Source: Chloroflexota bacterium (GTDB lineage: Bacteria; Chloroflexota; UBA6077; CF-72). From it: a stretch of 51,043 bases of DNA. The position numbers and the translations under genes are program-made. Shown piece by piece: positions 28,399 through 37,596 of this stretch (positions within the stretch are counted from its first letter, which is position 1; each line of letters opens with the position of its first letter). The stretch covers positions 1 through 51,043 of the forward strand of contig JBPCIO010000364.1 in the NCBI GenBank assembly GCA_051006215.1, in the 5' to 3' direction. The notes under the pieces are model-generated. The model saw nothing but the letters and a program-made list of their open reading frames with translations. It ran no database searches and was not told the DNA's origin.

Positions 28399-29543
28399 TC
28401 GGCAGCTCCGACAGCTCTGACGTTGTCATCGTCGGCGGTGGGGTGATCGGTTGCTCGATTGCCTACTTCCTGGCGCGAGCCGGCGTGCGGGTGACGCTGC
28501 TGGAGCGGAGCCACCTCGCCGCGGGAGCCTCGGGTGTCGCGGCGGGCATGCTGGCGCCGCAGGTCGAAGCTCCGTTCGCGGACCCGTTCTTCGAACTCGC
28601 ACTCCACGGCCGCGCCGAGCACGCTGGATTGGCGGAGCGCCTGCTCGACGAGGTTGGCCTGGACGTCGAGTACCGAGCCACGGGCATCCTGCGTGTGGCC
28701 CGCACGGAGGCCGAGCGAACCGATCTGCAACGTCAGCAGCGGTGGCAGTCGGCGCGAGGGCTGGCTGCCGAGTGGGTCGAGTCTGACGACCTGGGTCGGC
28801 GAGAGCCATTGCTCGGCGGGGTTGCGGGTCGCCTGCTGGCCGGCGGGCTGTGGTTGCCCGACGAAGCGCAGGTGCGCAGCCCGCGCCTGGTCCAGGCGCT
28901 CGCCACGGCGGCCGCTGGCCACGGCGCGCGACTTCTCGAAGGGACCTGGGCGATAGGACTGGAGGCGGTTGGCCAGCGTGTGACTGGAGTTGCAACGCCG
29001 ACAGGTGTTTTAGCCGCGGAGACGGTTGTTCTGGCGGCCGGCGTCTGGAGTCCGGAGCTGGCAGGTAGGGCCGGGCTCGACGTGCCGGTCACTCCCGTGA
29101 AAGGGCAAGTGCTGAGCCTGCGGGCGCTCGGCAAGAGCCCGCGGCGGGTAATCTGGTCAGGCGAGTGCTATTTGGTGCCGCGCCCGGATGGAGAGATCCT
29201 CCTGGGTGCGACCGAGGAGGAGGGCAACTATGACGCCCGGCCCACGCTGGCCGGGCTGAATCGGCTTACCGAGGCAGCGCTGGAGGTCGTGCCAGCCGCG
29301 GGTGGCTTCGTGGTCGAGGGCGCGTGGGCAGGCTTGCGGCCCGCGGCGCCTGACCGCCACCCGATCGTTGGCTGGGCGCCGGGCATGGACGGCTTGATGG
29401 TGGCCACCGCCCACTACCGGAACGGGGTCCTGCTGGGTCCCCTGACGGGACGGCTGGTGGCGGACCAGATTGTCTCAGGCACCCCCGCCGCCGAGTTTGC
29501 AGCGTTCGGGCCCGAGCGCTTCCTTACCCCCAACCCCACGTAG
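28395..29543 (+). CDS. thiO: Glycine oxidase
   Basis: GGGVIG FAD motif, ASGVAAGML, PVKGQ, WAGLRP and HYRNG. GTG 28395 is the likely start. Confidence 0.92.
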   Translation: MIGSSDSSDVVIVGGGVIGCSIAYFLARAGVRVTLLERSHLAAGASGVAAGMLAPQVEAPFADPFFELALHGRAEHAGLAERLLDEVGLDVEYRATGILRVARTEAERTDLQRQQRWQSARGLAAEWVESDDLGRREPLLGGVAGRLLAGGLWLPDEAQVRSPRLVQALATAAAGHGARLLEGTWAIGLEAVGQRVTGVATPTGVLAAETVVLAAGVWSPELAGRAGLDVPVTPVKGQVLSLRALGKSPRRVIWSGECYLVPRPDGEILLGATEEEGNYDARPTLAGLNRLTEAALEVVPAAGGFVVEGAWAGLRPAAPDRHPIVGWAPGMDGLMVATAHYRNGVLLGPLTGRLVADQIVSGTPAAEFAAFGPERFLTPNPT

Positions 29544-29695
29544 CCGCCCAGACCCAGCAGCGCGAGCCCCCTCGCCCGCCACTGCGTGGCTCCGTCCGGT
29601 TCAAAGGGAGCATTGGGAATTAAATTTAGTTGCTGGCGAGCTGCAATTATCACCTGCACGCTCTGGAAGCTGATCCGAGGGCCCTTGAGCGAACC

Positions 29696-29849
29696 CCGAG
29701 TGCTGTTGCTGTGCTGAACTGGTAGCTCCGCGCTTGAGCACTGCCCCCCTCGAGGTAAGCGGCCAATTGCGGACGCCGAGTGCTGCTGCTGTGCTGAACT
29801 CGTAGCTACCGCGCTGGGGCATTGCCCGGTTCGGGTAAGCGGCCAGTTG
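29696..29849. repeat. Imperfect tandem duplication, about 80-bp unit, two copies
   Basis: CCGAGTGCTG(T/C)TGCTGTGCTGAACT(G/C)GTAGCT...GTAAGCGGCCA starts at 29696 and again at 29776. Confidence 0.85.
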
Positions 29850-29956
29850 GCGCCGACCAGACGAACTTACGGCGATTTGCGAGTTGAAGCGCACGGGCGG
29901 TGAGTTCATCGCGAGATCCAGGCCAACGCTGCCGAGGAGTGGGGCGGGATGCGCGC

Positions 29957-31102
29957 TCAGGGAGAAGGAGGTGGTCGCGGGTGGTCGGCGAGGAGTGAGG
30001 CGACGATGCGCTCGGCTGCGTGGCCGTCGCCGAATGGGTTCTCGGCGTTGGCCATGCGCTCGTACTCGGCCGAGTTGTCGAGCAGGCGGCTGGCCTCCGA
30101 AACAATGCGGTCGCGGGCGGTGCCGACGAGTCTCAGGGCCCCAGTCGCAACTCCTTCGGGTCGCTCGGTGACCTCTCGCAACACGAGCGCCGGGACGCCC
30201 AGACCAGGCGCCTCCTCCTGAATACCTCCTGAATCGGTGATCACCAGGTACGCGCGCTTCATCAACTGCAAGTTGGGAAGATAGTCAAGCGGGGGGCGCA
30301 GGGTGATGTTCGGAATATCCGCCAGCAGCTCGTGCACTGGACCCCACACGTTCGGGTTGCGGTGCACGGGATAGATGATGCGGATAGCGTTCCCGTAGCG
30401 CTCAGCCAGGTCCCGCAGCGCTAAGCAGATATTGCGCATAGGCTCGCCGAAGTTTTCGCGCCGATGAGCCGTTACGAGAACGACGCGGGACGCGCCTGAG
30501 CCGCCGAGCAGTTCGAGGACTTCAACGCCTTCCGGCTGAGCAGTAATCCAGCGCAATGCGTCGATGCCAGTGTTCCCGGTGACGAGGACAGCCCCGGCTG
30601 GGACATCCGCCCGAAGGAGGTTGTCGCGTGAGCGCGCGGTGGGCGCGAAGTGGCGATCCGCAATGACCGCCGCCACGCGGCGGTTGATCTCTTCGGGAAA
30701 GGGCTGCCAGCGGTCACGCGTGCGCAGGCCGGCCTCGACGTGACCGACTCTGCAGCGTGCATAGAATGCCGCCAGAGCAGCGGCGGCCACGGTCGTGGTA
30801 TCGCCCTGGACCAGCACCCAATCCGGCTGCTCGTCCAGCAGGATCGGCTCGAGTCGAGACAGCACCGCCGCCGCGACCCGGGTCGGAGTCTGATCAGCCT
30901 GCATCACGTTCAGGTCATAGTCGGGCTGGATCCCAAAGATGTGCAGCACCTGGTCCAGCATGTCGCGGTGCTGGGCGCTCACGCACACCCGACTGAGGAT
31001 GCGATCCGGATATCGGCCAAGCTCGCGAATAACGGGTCCGAGCTTGACGGCTTCGGGGCGTGTGCCGAAAACGGTCAGCACCTTCAGCAGCGGAGACGGC
31101 AC
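29957..31102 (-). CDS. wecB: UDP-N-acetylglucosamine 2-epimerase (non-hydrolysing)
   Basis: GTRPE, QGDT, HVEAGLR, HRREN, DSGGIQEE and NPFGDG motifs. Confidence 0.95.
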   Translation of the reverse strand: MPSPLLKVLTVFGTRPEAVKLGPVIRELGRYPDRILSRVCVSAQHRDMLDQVLHIFGIQPDYDLNVMQADQTPTRVAAAVLSRLEPILLDEQPDWVLVQGDTTTVAAAALAAFYARCRVGHVEAGLRTRDRWQPFPEEINRRVAAVIADRHFAPTARSRDNLLRADVPAGAVLVTGNTGIDALRWITAQPEGVEVLELLGGSGASRVVLVTAHRRENFGEPMRNICLALRDLAERYGNAIRIIYPVHRNPNVWGPVHELLADIPNITLRPPLDYLPNLQLMKRAYLVITDSGGIQEEAPGLGVPALVLREVTERPEGVATGALRLVGTARDRIVSEASRLLDNSAEYERMANAENPFGDGHAAERIVASLLADHPRPPPSP

Positions 31103-31109
31103 GCCAGGC

Positions 31110-31115
31110 AGTGTA
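31110..31115 (-). promoter_or_regulatory. -10 element TACACT, 7 nt before the wecB GTG (leaderless)
   Basis: TANNNT hexamer, 7-nt spacer and no SD. Confidence 0.55.
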
Positions 31116-31129
31116 GGTTTCCGCGTCGT

Positions 31130-31160
31130 TTGACAGGCGTCGATTTGCGTAGCGTATACT
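31130..31160 (+). promoter_or_regulatory. Sigma70-type promoter TTGACA-N19-TATACT of the aro operon
   Basis: Consensus -35 at 31130-31135 and -10 at 31155-31160. The spacer is slightly long. Confidence 0.7.
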
Positions 31161-31167
31161 CGCCGCG

Positions 31168-31233
31168 ATGAGGCAGCAGGCCTACTCGTATCTGTTTACG
31201 TCCGGCATGACGGGGTCGCTGCGGAAACGCTGA
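31168..31233 (+). CDS. Leader peptide MRQQAYSYLFTSGMTGSLRKR (Tyr/Phe attenuator)
   Basis: ATG is 7 nt after the -10. Y6, Y8 and F10 codons are followed by alternative stems and a terminator. Confidence 0.8.
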   Translation: MRQQAYSYLFTSGMTGSLRKR

Positions 31234-31258
31234 GTAGCCACGCGATTCTGTCATGTCG

Positions 31259-31293
31259 AAAGAGCGGTCCCCACCAGGGCCGCTCTTTTGTTT
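31259..31293 (+). terminator. Intrinsic terminator (attenuator)
   Basis: AAAGAGCGGTCC-CCACCA-GGGCCGCTCTTT followed by TGTTT, located before aroF. Confidence 0.88.
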
Positions 31294-31330
31294 ATCCCCT
31301 TCGTCCAGTGAGGAGGCTCAAGGAACGTCG

Positions 31331-32383
31331 ATGATCGCAGTCATGCAACCAACTGCCACGGCCGAGGACATAGAACACGTCGTCGAAGTGCTGCGGCTCC
31401 ACAACCTCAAGGCGCAGGTATCCCACGGGGAGCAACGCACGGTAATCGGTGTCATCGGGACGGGCTTTCCAGAAGACCTCTTAGAAACACTCGAAGTCCT
31501 GCCAGGTGTCGACCGTGTGACACGGATTACGCGGCCCTACAAACTGGCCAGCCGCGACTTCAAGCCGGGCGACACCATCGTCGAAGCCGGGTGGGGGCAG
31601 CCCATCGGCGGTCGCGAGTTCGTGGTCATGGCGGGCCCGTGCTCAGTCGAAAGTCGCGAGCAGCTGCTGCGCACCGCGGTCAGTGTCGCCGCGTCGGGCG
31701 CAACCCTGTTGCGAGGCGGAGCCTTCAAGCCGCGGACTTCGCCATACGCGTTCCAGGGCATGGGTGTCGATGGCCTCGAGCTGCTGGAGGAAGCCAGCCG
31801 ACGCAGCGGCTTGCCAATCATCACCGAGGTGATGGACCCCGGCCAGGTTGGCCGAGTCGCGGAAACGGCCGATGTCCTGCAGATCGGCGCCCGCAACATG
31901 CAGAACTTTCCCCTGCTCAAGGAGATTGGGCGCACCGGCAAGGCCACGATGTTGAAGCGCGGTCTGTCAGCCACGATTGAGGAATGGTTGATGGCCGCCG
32001 AATACATCATGCACGCTGGCAACCCGAATGTGATCCTGTGTGAACGCGGCATACGAACATTCGAAACGGCGACGCGCAACACGCTCGATCTGAGCGCGAT
32101 CCCCCTCATCAAGCGCCTGAGTCACCTGCCGATCATCGCCGACCCGAGCCACGGGACCGGACATCGCTACCTTGTCAAACCGATGGCCCTGGCGGCCGCG
32201 GCGGCAGGCGCTGACGGCCTCATCATCGAGGTTCACCCCGAGCCGGATACGGCCATGTCGGACGGCCCGCAGTCGCTGACCCTCGAAGGTTTCGAGGACT
32301 TGATGCACACGCTCGAGCAAGTGCTGCTAGCGGTGGGTCGCCCGCTGGCACGCCCACGCACACTGCTTCAGGCCACTGCGTGA
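31331..32383 (+). CDS. aroF: DAHP synthase type I-beta with N-terminal ACT/ferredoxin-like domain
   Basis: [27 protein letters not shown] and DPSHG motifs. True start is ATG 31331, since ATG 31253 lies within the attenuator. Confidence 0.94.
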   Translation: MIAVMQPTATAEDIEHVVEVLRLHNLKAQVSHGEQRTVIGVIGTGFPEDLLETLEVLPGVDRVTRITRPYKLASRDFKPGDTIVEAGWGQPIGGREFVVMAGPCSVESREQLLRTAVSVAASGATLLRGGAFKPRTSPYAFQGMGVDGLELLEEASRRSGLPIITEVMDPGQVGRVAETADVLQIGARNMQNFPLLKEIGRTGKATMLKRGLSATIEEWLMAAEYIMHAGNPNVILCERGIRTFETATRNTLDLSAIPLIKRLSHLPIIADPSHGTGHRYLVKPMALAAAAAGADGLIIEVHPEPDTAMSDGPQSLTLEGFEDLMHTLEQVLLAVGRPLARPRTLLQATA

Positions 32384-33723
32384 GTGTTGCGGGGCCGGCG
32401 CAGGGTTCGACGGGGCGGCAAGCGAGCGCCGGACGGGCGGCGGTCAAACAGGTGGCCCCGGCGCGAGCCATTCGGGGCAGCCTGAGGGTGCCGGGCGACA
32501 AGTCCATTTCCCATCGCGCCGCCCTTTTCAACGCGCTCGGCGAGGGCGAAGCCAGCATCACCAACTTCTCGCCCGGCGGCGACTGCGCCTCGACGCTCAG
32601 CTGCCTTGAGAGTCTCGGGGTCGAGATCGAACGCGACGACGATCGCGTGCACGTCAAAGGCATCGGTCTGGGCGGGCTGCGCGAGCCAGCCGACGTGCTG
32701 GATTGCGGCAACTCGGGCACGAGCATGCGTCTGCTCAGCGGCATGCTGGCCGGCTCAGGCATCTTCGCCGTGCTCAGCGGCGACGGCTCGCTGCGTCGGC
32801 GGCCGATGGCGCGCATCGTCGAACCGCTACGCCGAGCTGGAGCGGCGATCGACGGACGCGATGGGGGCCGCCTGGCGCCGCTGGCAATCTCGCCGGTGTC
32901 GAGCCTGCGGGGCGTCGAGCATCGGCTGAGCATCGCCAGCGCGCAGGTCAAGTCAGCGCTGCTGCTGGCCGGATTGTTCGCCCGCGGCGAGACCAGTGTT
33001 GTGGAGCCAGCGCCGACTCGCGACCACACCGAGCGCCTGCTGAAGGCGATGGGCGCCGACGTGCGACAGACTGGGCACGTCGTCAGCCTGACACCTGGCC
33101 GTGCATTGCGCTGCGTCGACGTGCAAGTGCCCGGTGATTTTTCTTCCGCCGCGTTCTGGCTCGTGCTTGGCGTCCTGCACCCCTCGGCAGAAATTCGTGT
33201 GCGCGACGTCGGCCTCAATCCAAGTCGAACTGGGTTGTTGACGATTCTCGAACGCATGGGTGCCGACGTCGAGCTCGAAAACGCCCGAGATGCCGCGGGC
33301 GAGCCCGTGGCCGACGTGCTGGTGCGATCCAGCCAGCTGCACGGCGTTCACGTGGGCGGTGAGCTGGTGTCGCTGGCGATCGACGAGATTCCACTGGTCG
33401 CCCTGCTCGGGTTGTTCGCCGACGGCGAGACAGTGGTGGGCGAAGCAGGCGAGCTCCGAGCCAAGGAGTCGGACCGCTTAGCAGTTGTGGCGGACGGGCT
33501 CTCAAAGCTCGGCGCTGACATCGAAAGCACTGTTGACGGTTGGCGCATCCGACGCTCACGTCTGGAGATGGGTCGCGCAGATAGCCACGGCGACCACCGC
33601 ATGGCGATGCTGTTTGCGCTGGCTGGCGCGCTCGGCGATGGCGCCCAGATTGACGGCGCGGATAGCGTGTCCATTTCGTACCCCAGCTTCTGGGCCGATC
33701 TTCTGGCCCTGAGCTGCGGGTGA
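32380..33723 (+). CDS. aroA: EPSP synthase (class II)
   Basis: [30 protein letters not shown] and DHR motifs. Confidence 0.95.
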   Translation: MSVAGPAQGSTGRQASAGRAAVKQVAPARAIRGSLRVPGDKSISHRAALFNALGEGEASITNFSPGGDCASTLSCLESLGVEIERDDDRVHVKGIGLGGLREPADVLDCGNSGTSMRLLSGMLAGSGIFAVLSGDGSLRRRPMARIVEPLRRAGAAIDGRDGGRLAPLAISPVSSLRGVEHRLSIASAQVKSALLLAGLFARGETSVVEPAPTRDHTERLLKAMGADVRQTGHVVSLTPGRALRCVDVQVPGDFSSAAFWLVLGVLHPSAEIRVRDVGLNPSRTGLLTILERMGADVELENARDAAGEPVADVLVRSSQLHGVHVGGELVSLAIDEIPLVALLGLFADGETVVGEAGELRAKESDRLAVVADGLSKLGADIESTVDGWRIRRSRLEMGRADSHGDHRMAMLFALAGALGDGAQIDGADSVSISYPSFWADLLALSCG

Positions 33724-34559
33724 GTCACCGATGGGCGTGTTTGCTCGGCCAGCCGGTGGCGCACTCCCTGTCGCCGGCGCTCCACAACGCGGCCTTCCGC
33801 AGCTTGGGTATCGACGCCAAGTACGAGGCGTGGGAGGTTGCTCCGCACGCACTGGCCGAAGCGGTCGCGCGACTCCGCAGCCCAGACTGTATTGGCGCCA
33901 ATGTCACGGCGCCGCATAAGCAGACCGTGGTGGCGTACATGGATGAGGTCTCAGACGAGGTCCTGGCGCTCGGCGTCCTGAACACCATCGCCAATCGGGC
34001 GGGACGGCTGGTTGGAGGCAACACGGACGCACGCGGCCTGGCGCGCTGGATGCGGCAGGTTTCGATCGACCCGGCCGAGCGAGCGGCACTCGTGCTCGGG
34101 GCGGGTGGCGCCGGCCGAGCCGCGGTCTGGGCGCTAGCCGATCTCCAGGCGAGCTCAGTGCGAGTGTTGAATCGAACCGTCGAACGGGCGCAGGATGTCG
34201 TGTCGAGCCTCCAGGCGCATGTGCCGGGCGTGGAGCTGGGCTGGGGCGCCCTGGACGAAGTGGGCAAGCCCGCAACGACTGCCTGGAAGGTGGTCGTCAA
34301 CGCCACATCTCTGGGCCACCACGGAGCTGCGCCGAGTTTGCACCCCAGCTGCTACAGTCGTGACAGCGTGGCCATCGAGCTGGCCTACAACCCCCCGGAA
34401 TCGGCGTTCATGGTCGCTGCGCGCCAGGCCGGAGCGCGAGCCGAGAATGGATTGGGCATGCTGCTGCATCAGGCCGCGCTGGCATTCGAGCTATGGACGG
34501 GACAGCCGGCACCCATGGCCGCGTACGAGGCAGCCATTCCGTGGGCGTTCAGGCCGTGA
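33720..34559 (+). CDS. aroE: Shikimate dehydrogenase
   Basis: HSLSP, NVTAPHK, NTD, GAGGA and GLGMLLHQA motifs. Confidence 0.93.
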   Translation: MSHRWACLLGQPVAHSLSPALHNAAFRSLGIDAKYEAWEVAPHALAEAVARLRSPDCIGANVTAPHKQTVVAYMDEVSDEVLALGVLNTIANRAGRLVGGNTDARGLARWMRQVSIDPAERAALVLGAGGAGRAAVWALADLQASSVRVLNRTVERAQDVVSSLQAHVPGVELGWGALDEVGKPATTAWKVVVNATSLGHHGAAPSLHPSCYSRDSVAIELAYNPPESAFMVAARQAGARAENGLGMLLHQAALAFELWTGQPAPMAAYEAAIPWAFRP

Positions 34560-35752
34560 GCCTGGGCTACTTGCGCGTGGTTACGGCCGGGGAATCGCAC
34601 GGGCCGCAGCTCACGATCTTCGTCGAGAATCTGCCGGCCGGCATGCCGGTCCTGGCCGAGGACATCGACGTCGACCTGGCGCGGCGTCAGAAGGGCTACG
34701 GGCGCGGCGGGCGACAACAGATCGAGCATGACCGGGTGGAGATCGTGGCCGGCGTGCGGCATGGCCTGAGCATGGGCGGCCCAATAGCTATGGTGGTTAA
34801 AAATCGAGACTGGGCCAACTGGCAGGGGAAAATGGATATCGAACCCGTGCCAGAACCGCCGCCACCGGTGACGCGGCTACGGCCCGGGCACGCGGATCTG
34901 GCGGGAGTGGTCAAGTATGGTCTCGGGGACGTTCGGAACGTGCTCGAACGTGCCAGCGCCCGAGAAACGGCATCGCGTGTCGCCGCTGGCGCGTTGGCCA
35001 AGACCTTCTTGCGCCACTTTGGCGTTGAGGTTCGCAGTCACGTGCGGAGTGTTGGCTCGACCCGAGCCAATGTGCCTGACGACCTCACGCTGAAGCCCGA
35101 GGCGGCAACACATGCGTGGTGGTCGAACGTAGAAAATTCGCAGCTGCGGACGGGCGATCAGGTGTTCGAAGCGCAGGCCATCGAGCTCATCAAGACGGCC
35201 CGCGCTGGTGGCGACACGCTCGGAGGCGTCTTCGAGGTGATTGGCTACGGGCTGCCGATCGGCTTGGGCACGTATGGCCAGTGGGACGAGCGGCTGGATG
35301 GTCGTTTGGCCGCGGCGGTCATGAGCATTCAGTCGGTCAAGGGGGTCGAGCTCGGCGACGCCTTCGACAATGCCTCGCGGCCGGGCTCAGAGGCCCATGA
35401 CATCATCGACTTCGATCCTCAGCGCGGCTGGCTGCGACCCACAAACAGGGCTGGCGGACTCGAGGGCGGCGTGACCAACGGTGCCCCAGTCGTCGTGCGC
35501 GGGGCAGCCAAACCGATCTCCACACTCATCCATCCGCTCCCCTCGATCGACTACGCCACCCGCGAGCGAAGCCTGGCCCACGTGGAGCGCAGCGACGTGT
35601 GCGTGGTGCCCGCCGCCGGTGTCGTCGGCGAAGCGATGGTGGCTCTGGTGCTGGCCGACGCGATGCGCTTCAAGTTCGCAGGTGACAGCCTGGACGAGGC
35701 GCTAGCCAATTTTCGGGGTTACACCAAACGTGGAACGCGACGCGGTGACTGA
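34556..35752 (+). CDS. aroC: Chorismate synthase
   Basis: TAGESHG, RPGHAD, ASARET and ERSD motifs. GTGA overlap with aroE. Confidence 0.95.
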   Translation: MSLGYLRVVTAGESHGPQLTIFVENLPAGMPVLAEDIDVDLARRQKGYGRGGRQQIEHDRVEIVAGVRHGLSMGGPIAMVVKNRDWANWQGKMDIEPVPEPPPPVTRLRPGHADLAGVVKYGLGDVRNVLERASARETASRVAAGALAKTFLRHFGVEVRSHVRSVGSTRANVPDDLTLKPEAATHAWWSNVENSQLRTGDQVFEAQAIELIKTARAGGDTLGGVFEVIGYGLPIGLGTYGQWDERLDGRLAAAVMSIQSVKGVELGDAFDNASRPGSEAHDIIDFDPQRGWLRPTNRAGGLEGGVTNGAPVVVRGAAKPISTLIHPLPSIDYATRERSLAHVERSDVCVVPAAGVVGEAMVALVLADAMRFKFAGDSLDEALANFRGYTKRGTRRGD

Positions 35753-35755
35753 CGG

Positions 35756-36313
35756 ATGGACAACCTGATCCTGGTCGGGTTCAGCTGCAGTGGCAAGACC
35801 ACGCTCGGGCGCAACGTCGCCAGACGCTTGGGCCTGGCATTCGTCGACAGCGACCGGTGTATCGAAGAGATGACCGGCCGAAGCATCCCCGAAATTTTTC
35901 GAGACGACGGTGAAGTGGGCTTCCGCGCGATAGAGCGGGAAGTGATCAGCCGCATCCTGGCCGCACGCAACCAGGTGGTCAGCACTGGTGGCGGCGCCTT
36001 CGTCGATCCCGAAAATCGCGAGAAGCTTCGGAGCGGCAATCTGGTCATCCACCTGCAGGTCAGACCCGACACGGTGGTCGACCGTCTGCGGAACAGCAAG
36101 TCGGGCCGGCCGCGGCCGCTCCTGGAGAGCCCTGACCCGCTGGCTCGCGTCGTTCACTTGATGGCGGAGCGCAAGGAAGCGTACGCGGCAGCGCACGTCA
36201 CGATTGGCGTTGACGACCGGTCGCGGTATGAGCTGGTGGGTGAGCTCCGCCGCCGCTGGTTGGCGTGGCAGCGCGCTCATCGCGCAACTGCTGCCGCACC
36301 TGCCGAGCGATGA
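35756..36313 (+). CDS. aroK: Shikimate kinase
   Basis: GFSCSGKT P-loop, FR..E, STGGG and RPLL motifs. Confidence 0.93.
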   Translation: MDNLILVGFSCSGKTTLGRNVARRLGLAFVDSDRCIEEMTGRSIPEIFRDDGEVGFRAIEREVISRILAARNQVVSTGGGAFVDPENREKLRSGNLVIHLQVRPDTVVDRLRNSKSGRPRPLLESPDPLARVVHLMAERKEAYAAAHVTIGVDDRSRYELVGELRRRWLAWQRAHRATAAAPAER

Positions 36314-36357
36314 GCTCGGTCGTGAGTCCGGACACGCGTCGGGCGGGGCGGATGTGA
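36310..36357 (+). CDS. Putative 15-aa bridging mini-ORF MSSVVSPDTRRAGRM between aroK and aroB
   Basis: ATGA overlap with the aroK stop and GTGA overlap with the aroB start. Confidence 0.4.
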   Translation: MSSVVSPDTRRAGRM

Positions 36358-37457
36358 GCGACCCCTACACACGACCCGGCGGGCCAATCGCGGTGCGGGT
36401 GTTGCGCGCAGGTGGGCGCGATGTGCCGCTCCTGGCTGGACCAGGCGCGATGGAGCACCTGCCGCAAGCGCTTGCCGAAGCGGGGTTTACAGGCCGGCTG
36501 TTTGTCGTGGCCGACGAGTTCGCCCTCTCGCTGCACGGCGGCGTACTTCACGGGGTGCTGCCGGATGCGCCGGTGCTGCGTATGTCAGGACGGGAGTCCG
36601 ACAAGACCCTGGACAACGTGGCGCGCGTCTGGGACTGGCTTGTAGAACTCGGCGCGCAGCGGCGGGACGCACTGGTCGCCTTTGGCGGCGGTGTGGTGTG
36701 TGATCTGACTGGCTTCGCCGCGGCGTGTTATCTGCGCGGGATCGGCCTGGTGAATGCACCGACGACGTTGCTTGCCCAGGTGGATGCGGCTGTAGGTGGC
36801 AAAACCGGCGTCAATCACGCGCGCGGCAAGAACTTGATCGGGGCCTTTTTCCAGCCAGTGTGCGTGGTGGCCGATACCCGCCTGCTGGCGACTCTGGCGC
36901 CGCGAGCGTTCGCCGCCGGCATGGCCGAAGTAGCCAAGATGGCGATGATCCTGGATGCCGAGCTGTTCGCCAGGCTCGAGCAGGTCGCTGCGCAGCTCAC
37001 ACCTCACGCTGGCGACATTCTGGCCCCATTCGTGGCGCGTTCGATCGAGTTGAAGGCGCAGATTGTCGAACGCGACGAGCGCGAATCCGGCGACCGCATG
37101 CTTTTGAACTACGGCCACACGGTTGGACACGCGCTCGAGGCTGGTGCCGGGTACGGCGCGCTGCTCCATGGAGAGGCCGTCGCGGTGGGCATGCAGGCAG
37201 CGGCTCACCTTGCGCAATGGCTCGACATGCTGGCGCTCGACGACGCCCGCCGGCAGACTGAGCTGCTGCGGGCCCTCCAGCTACCGCTGTGCTGGCCGTG
37301 TCGCGTTGAAGAGGTGGTGAGCCGCCTGGCGCTCGACAAGAAGCGCTCCGGCAGCCGCCAGCGTTGGGTGCTGGCTGAACGCGTTGGCGCTGCCCGCGTT
37401 CGGGACGACGTGCCGGCCGAACTCGCCCGCAAAGCCGTGCAGGCGATCTGCGCGTGA
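36354..37457 (+). CDS. aroB: 3-dehydroquinate synthase
   Basis: GGGVVCD, PTTLLAQVDA, GGKTG, NYGHT and HGEAV motifs. Likely start GTG 36354. Confidence 0.93.
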   Translation: MSDPYTRPGGPIAVRVLRAGGRDVPLLAGPGAMEHLPQALAEAGFTGRLFVVADEFALSLHGGVLHGVLPDAPVLRMSGRESDKTLDNVARVWDWLVELGAQRRDALVAFGGGVVCDLTGFAAACYLRGIGLVNAPTTLLAQVDAAVGGKTGVNHARGKNLIGAFFQPVCVVADTRLLATLAPRAFAAGMAEVAKMAMILDAELFARLEQVAAQLTPHAGDILAPFVARSIELKAQIVERDERESGDRMLLNYGHTVGHALEAGAGYGALLHGEAVAVGMQAAAHLAQWLDMLALDDARRQTELLRALQLPLCWPCRVEEVVSRLALDKKRSGSRQRWVLAERVGAARVRDDVPAELARKAVQAICA

Positions 37458-37596
37458 CGGTTGGGCTGACGCCGTTCAATTAGGCTGGTGGGAGGCGGCG
37501 GGGGATGGCGGGCCCCCGTGGCGGGCTCGTGACGACTCCTAGCTGATTCTGGCTCTGGCGGGGCCGAGTGCTGCCTATAATCCGACGAAGCTATCA

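Noticed and set aside
29696-29849. Possible CRISPR array
   Set aside because: There are only two long diverged units, no unique spacers and no cas genes.
29601-29909. 102-aa minus-strand ORF across the repeat
   Set aside because: It has no recognisable domain or initiation signals, and the repeat period of 80 nt is not a multiple of three.
31253-31330. N-terminal extension of aroF from ATG 31253
   Set aside because: It runs through the attenuator stems. The typical DAHP synthase N-terminus begins at ATG 31331, after purine-rich SD-like sequence.
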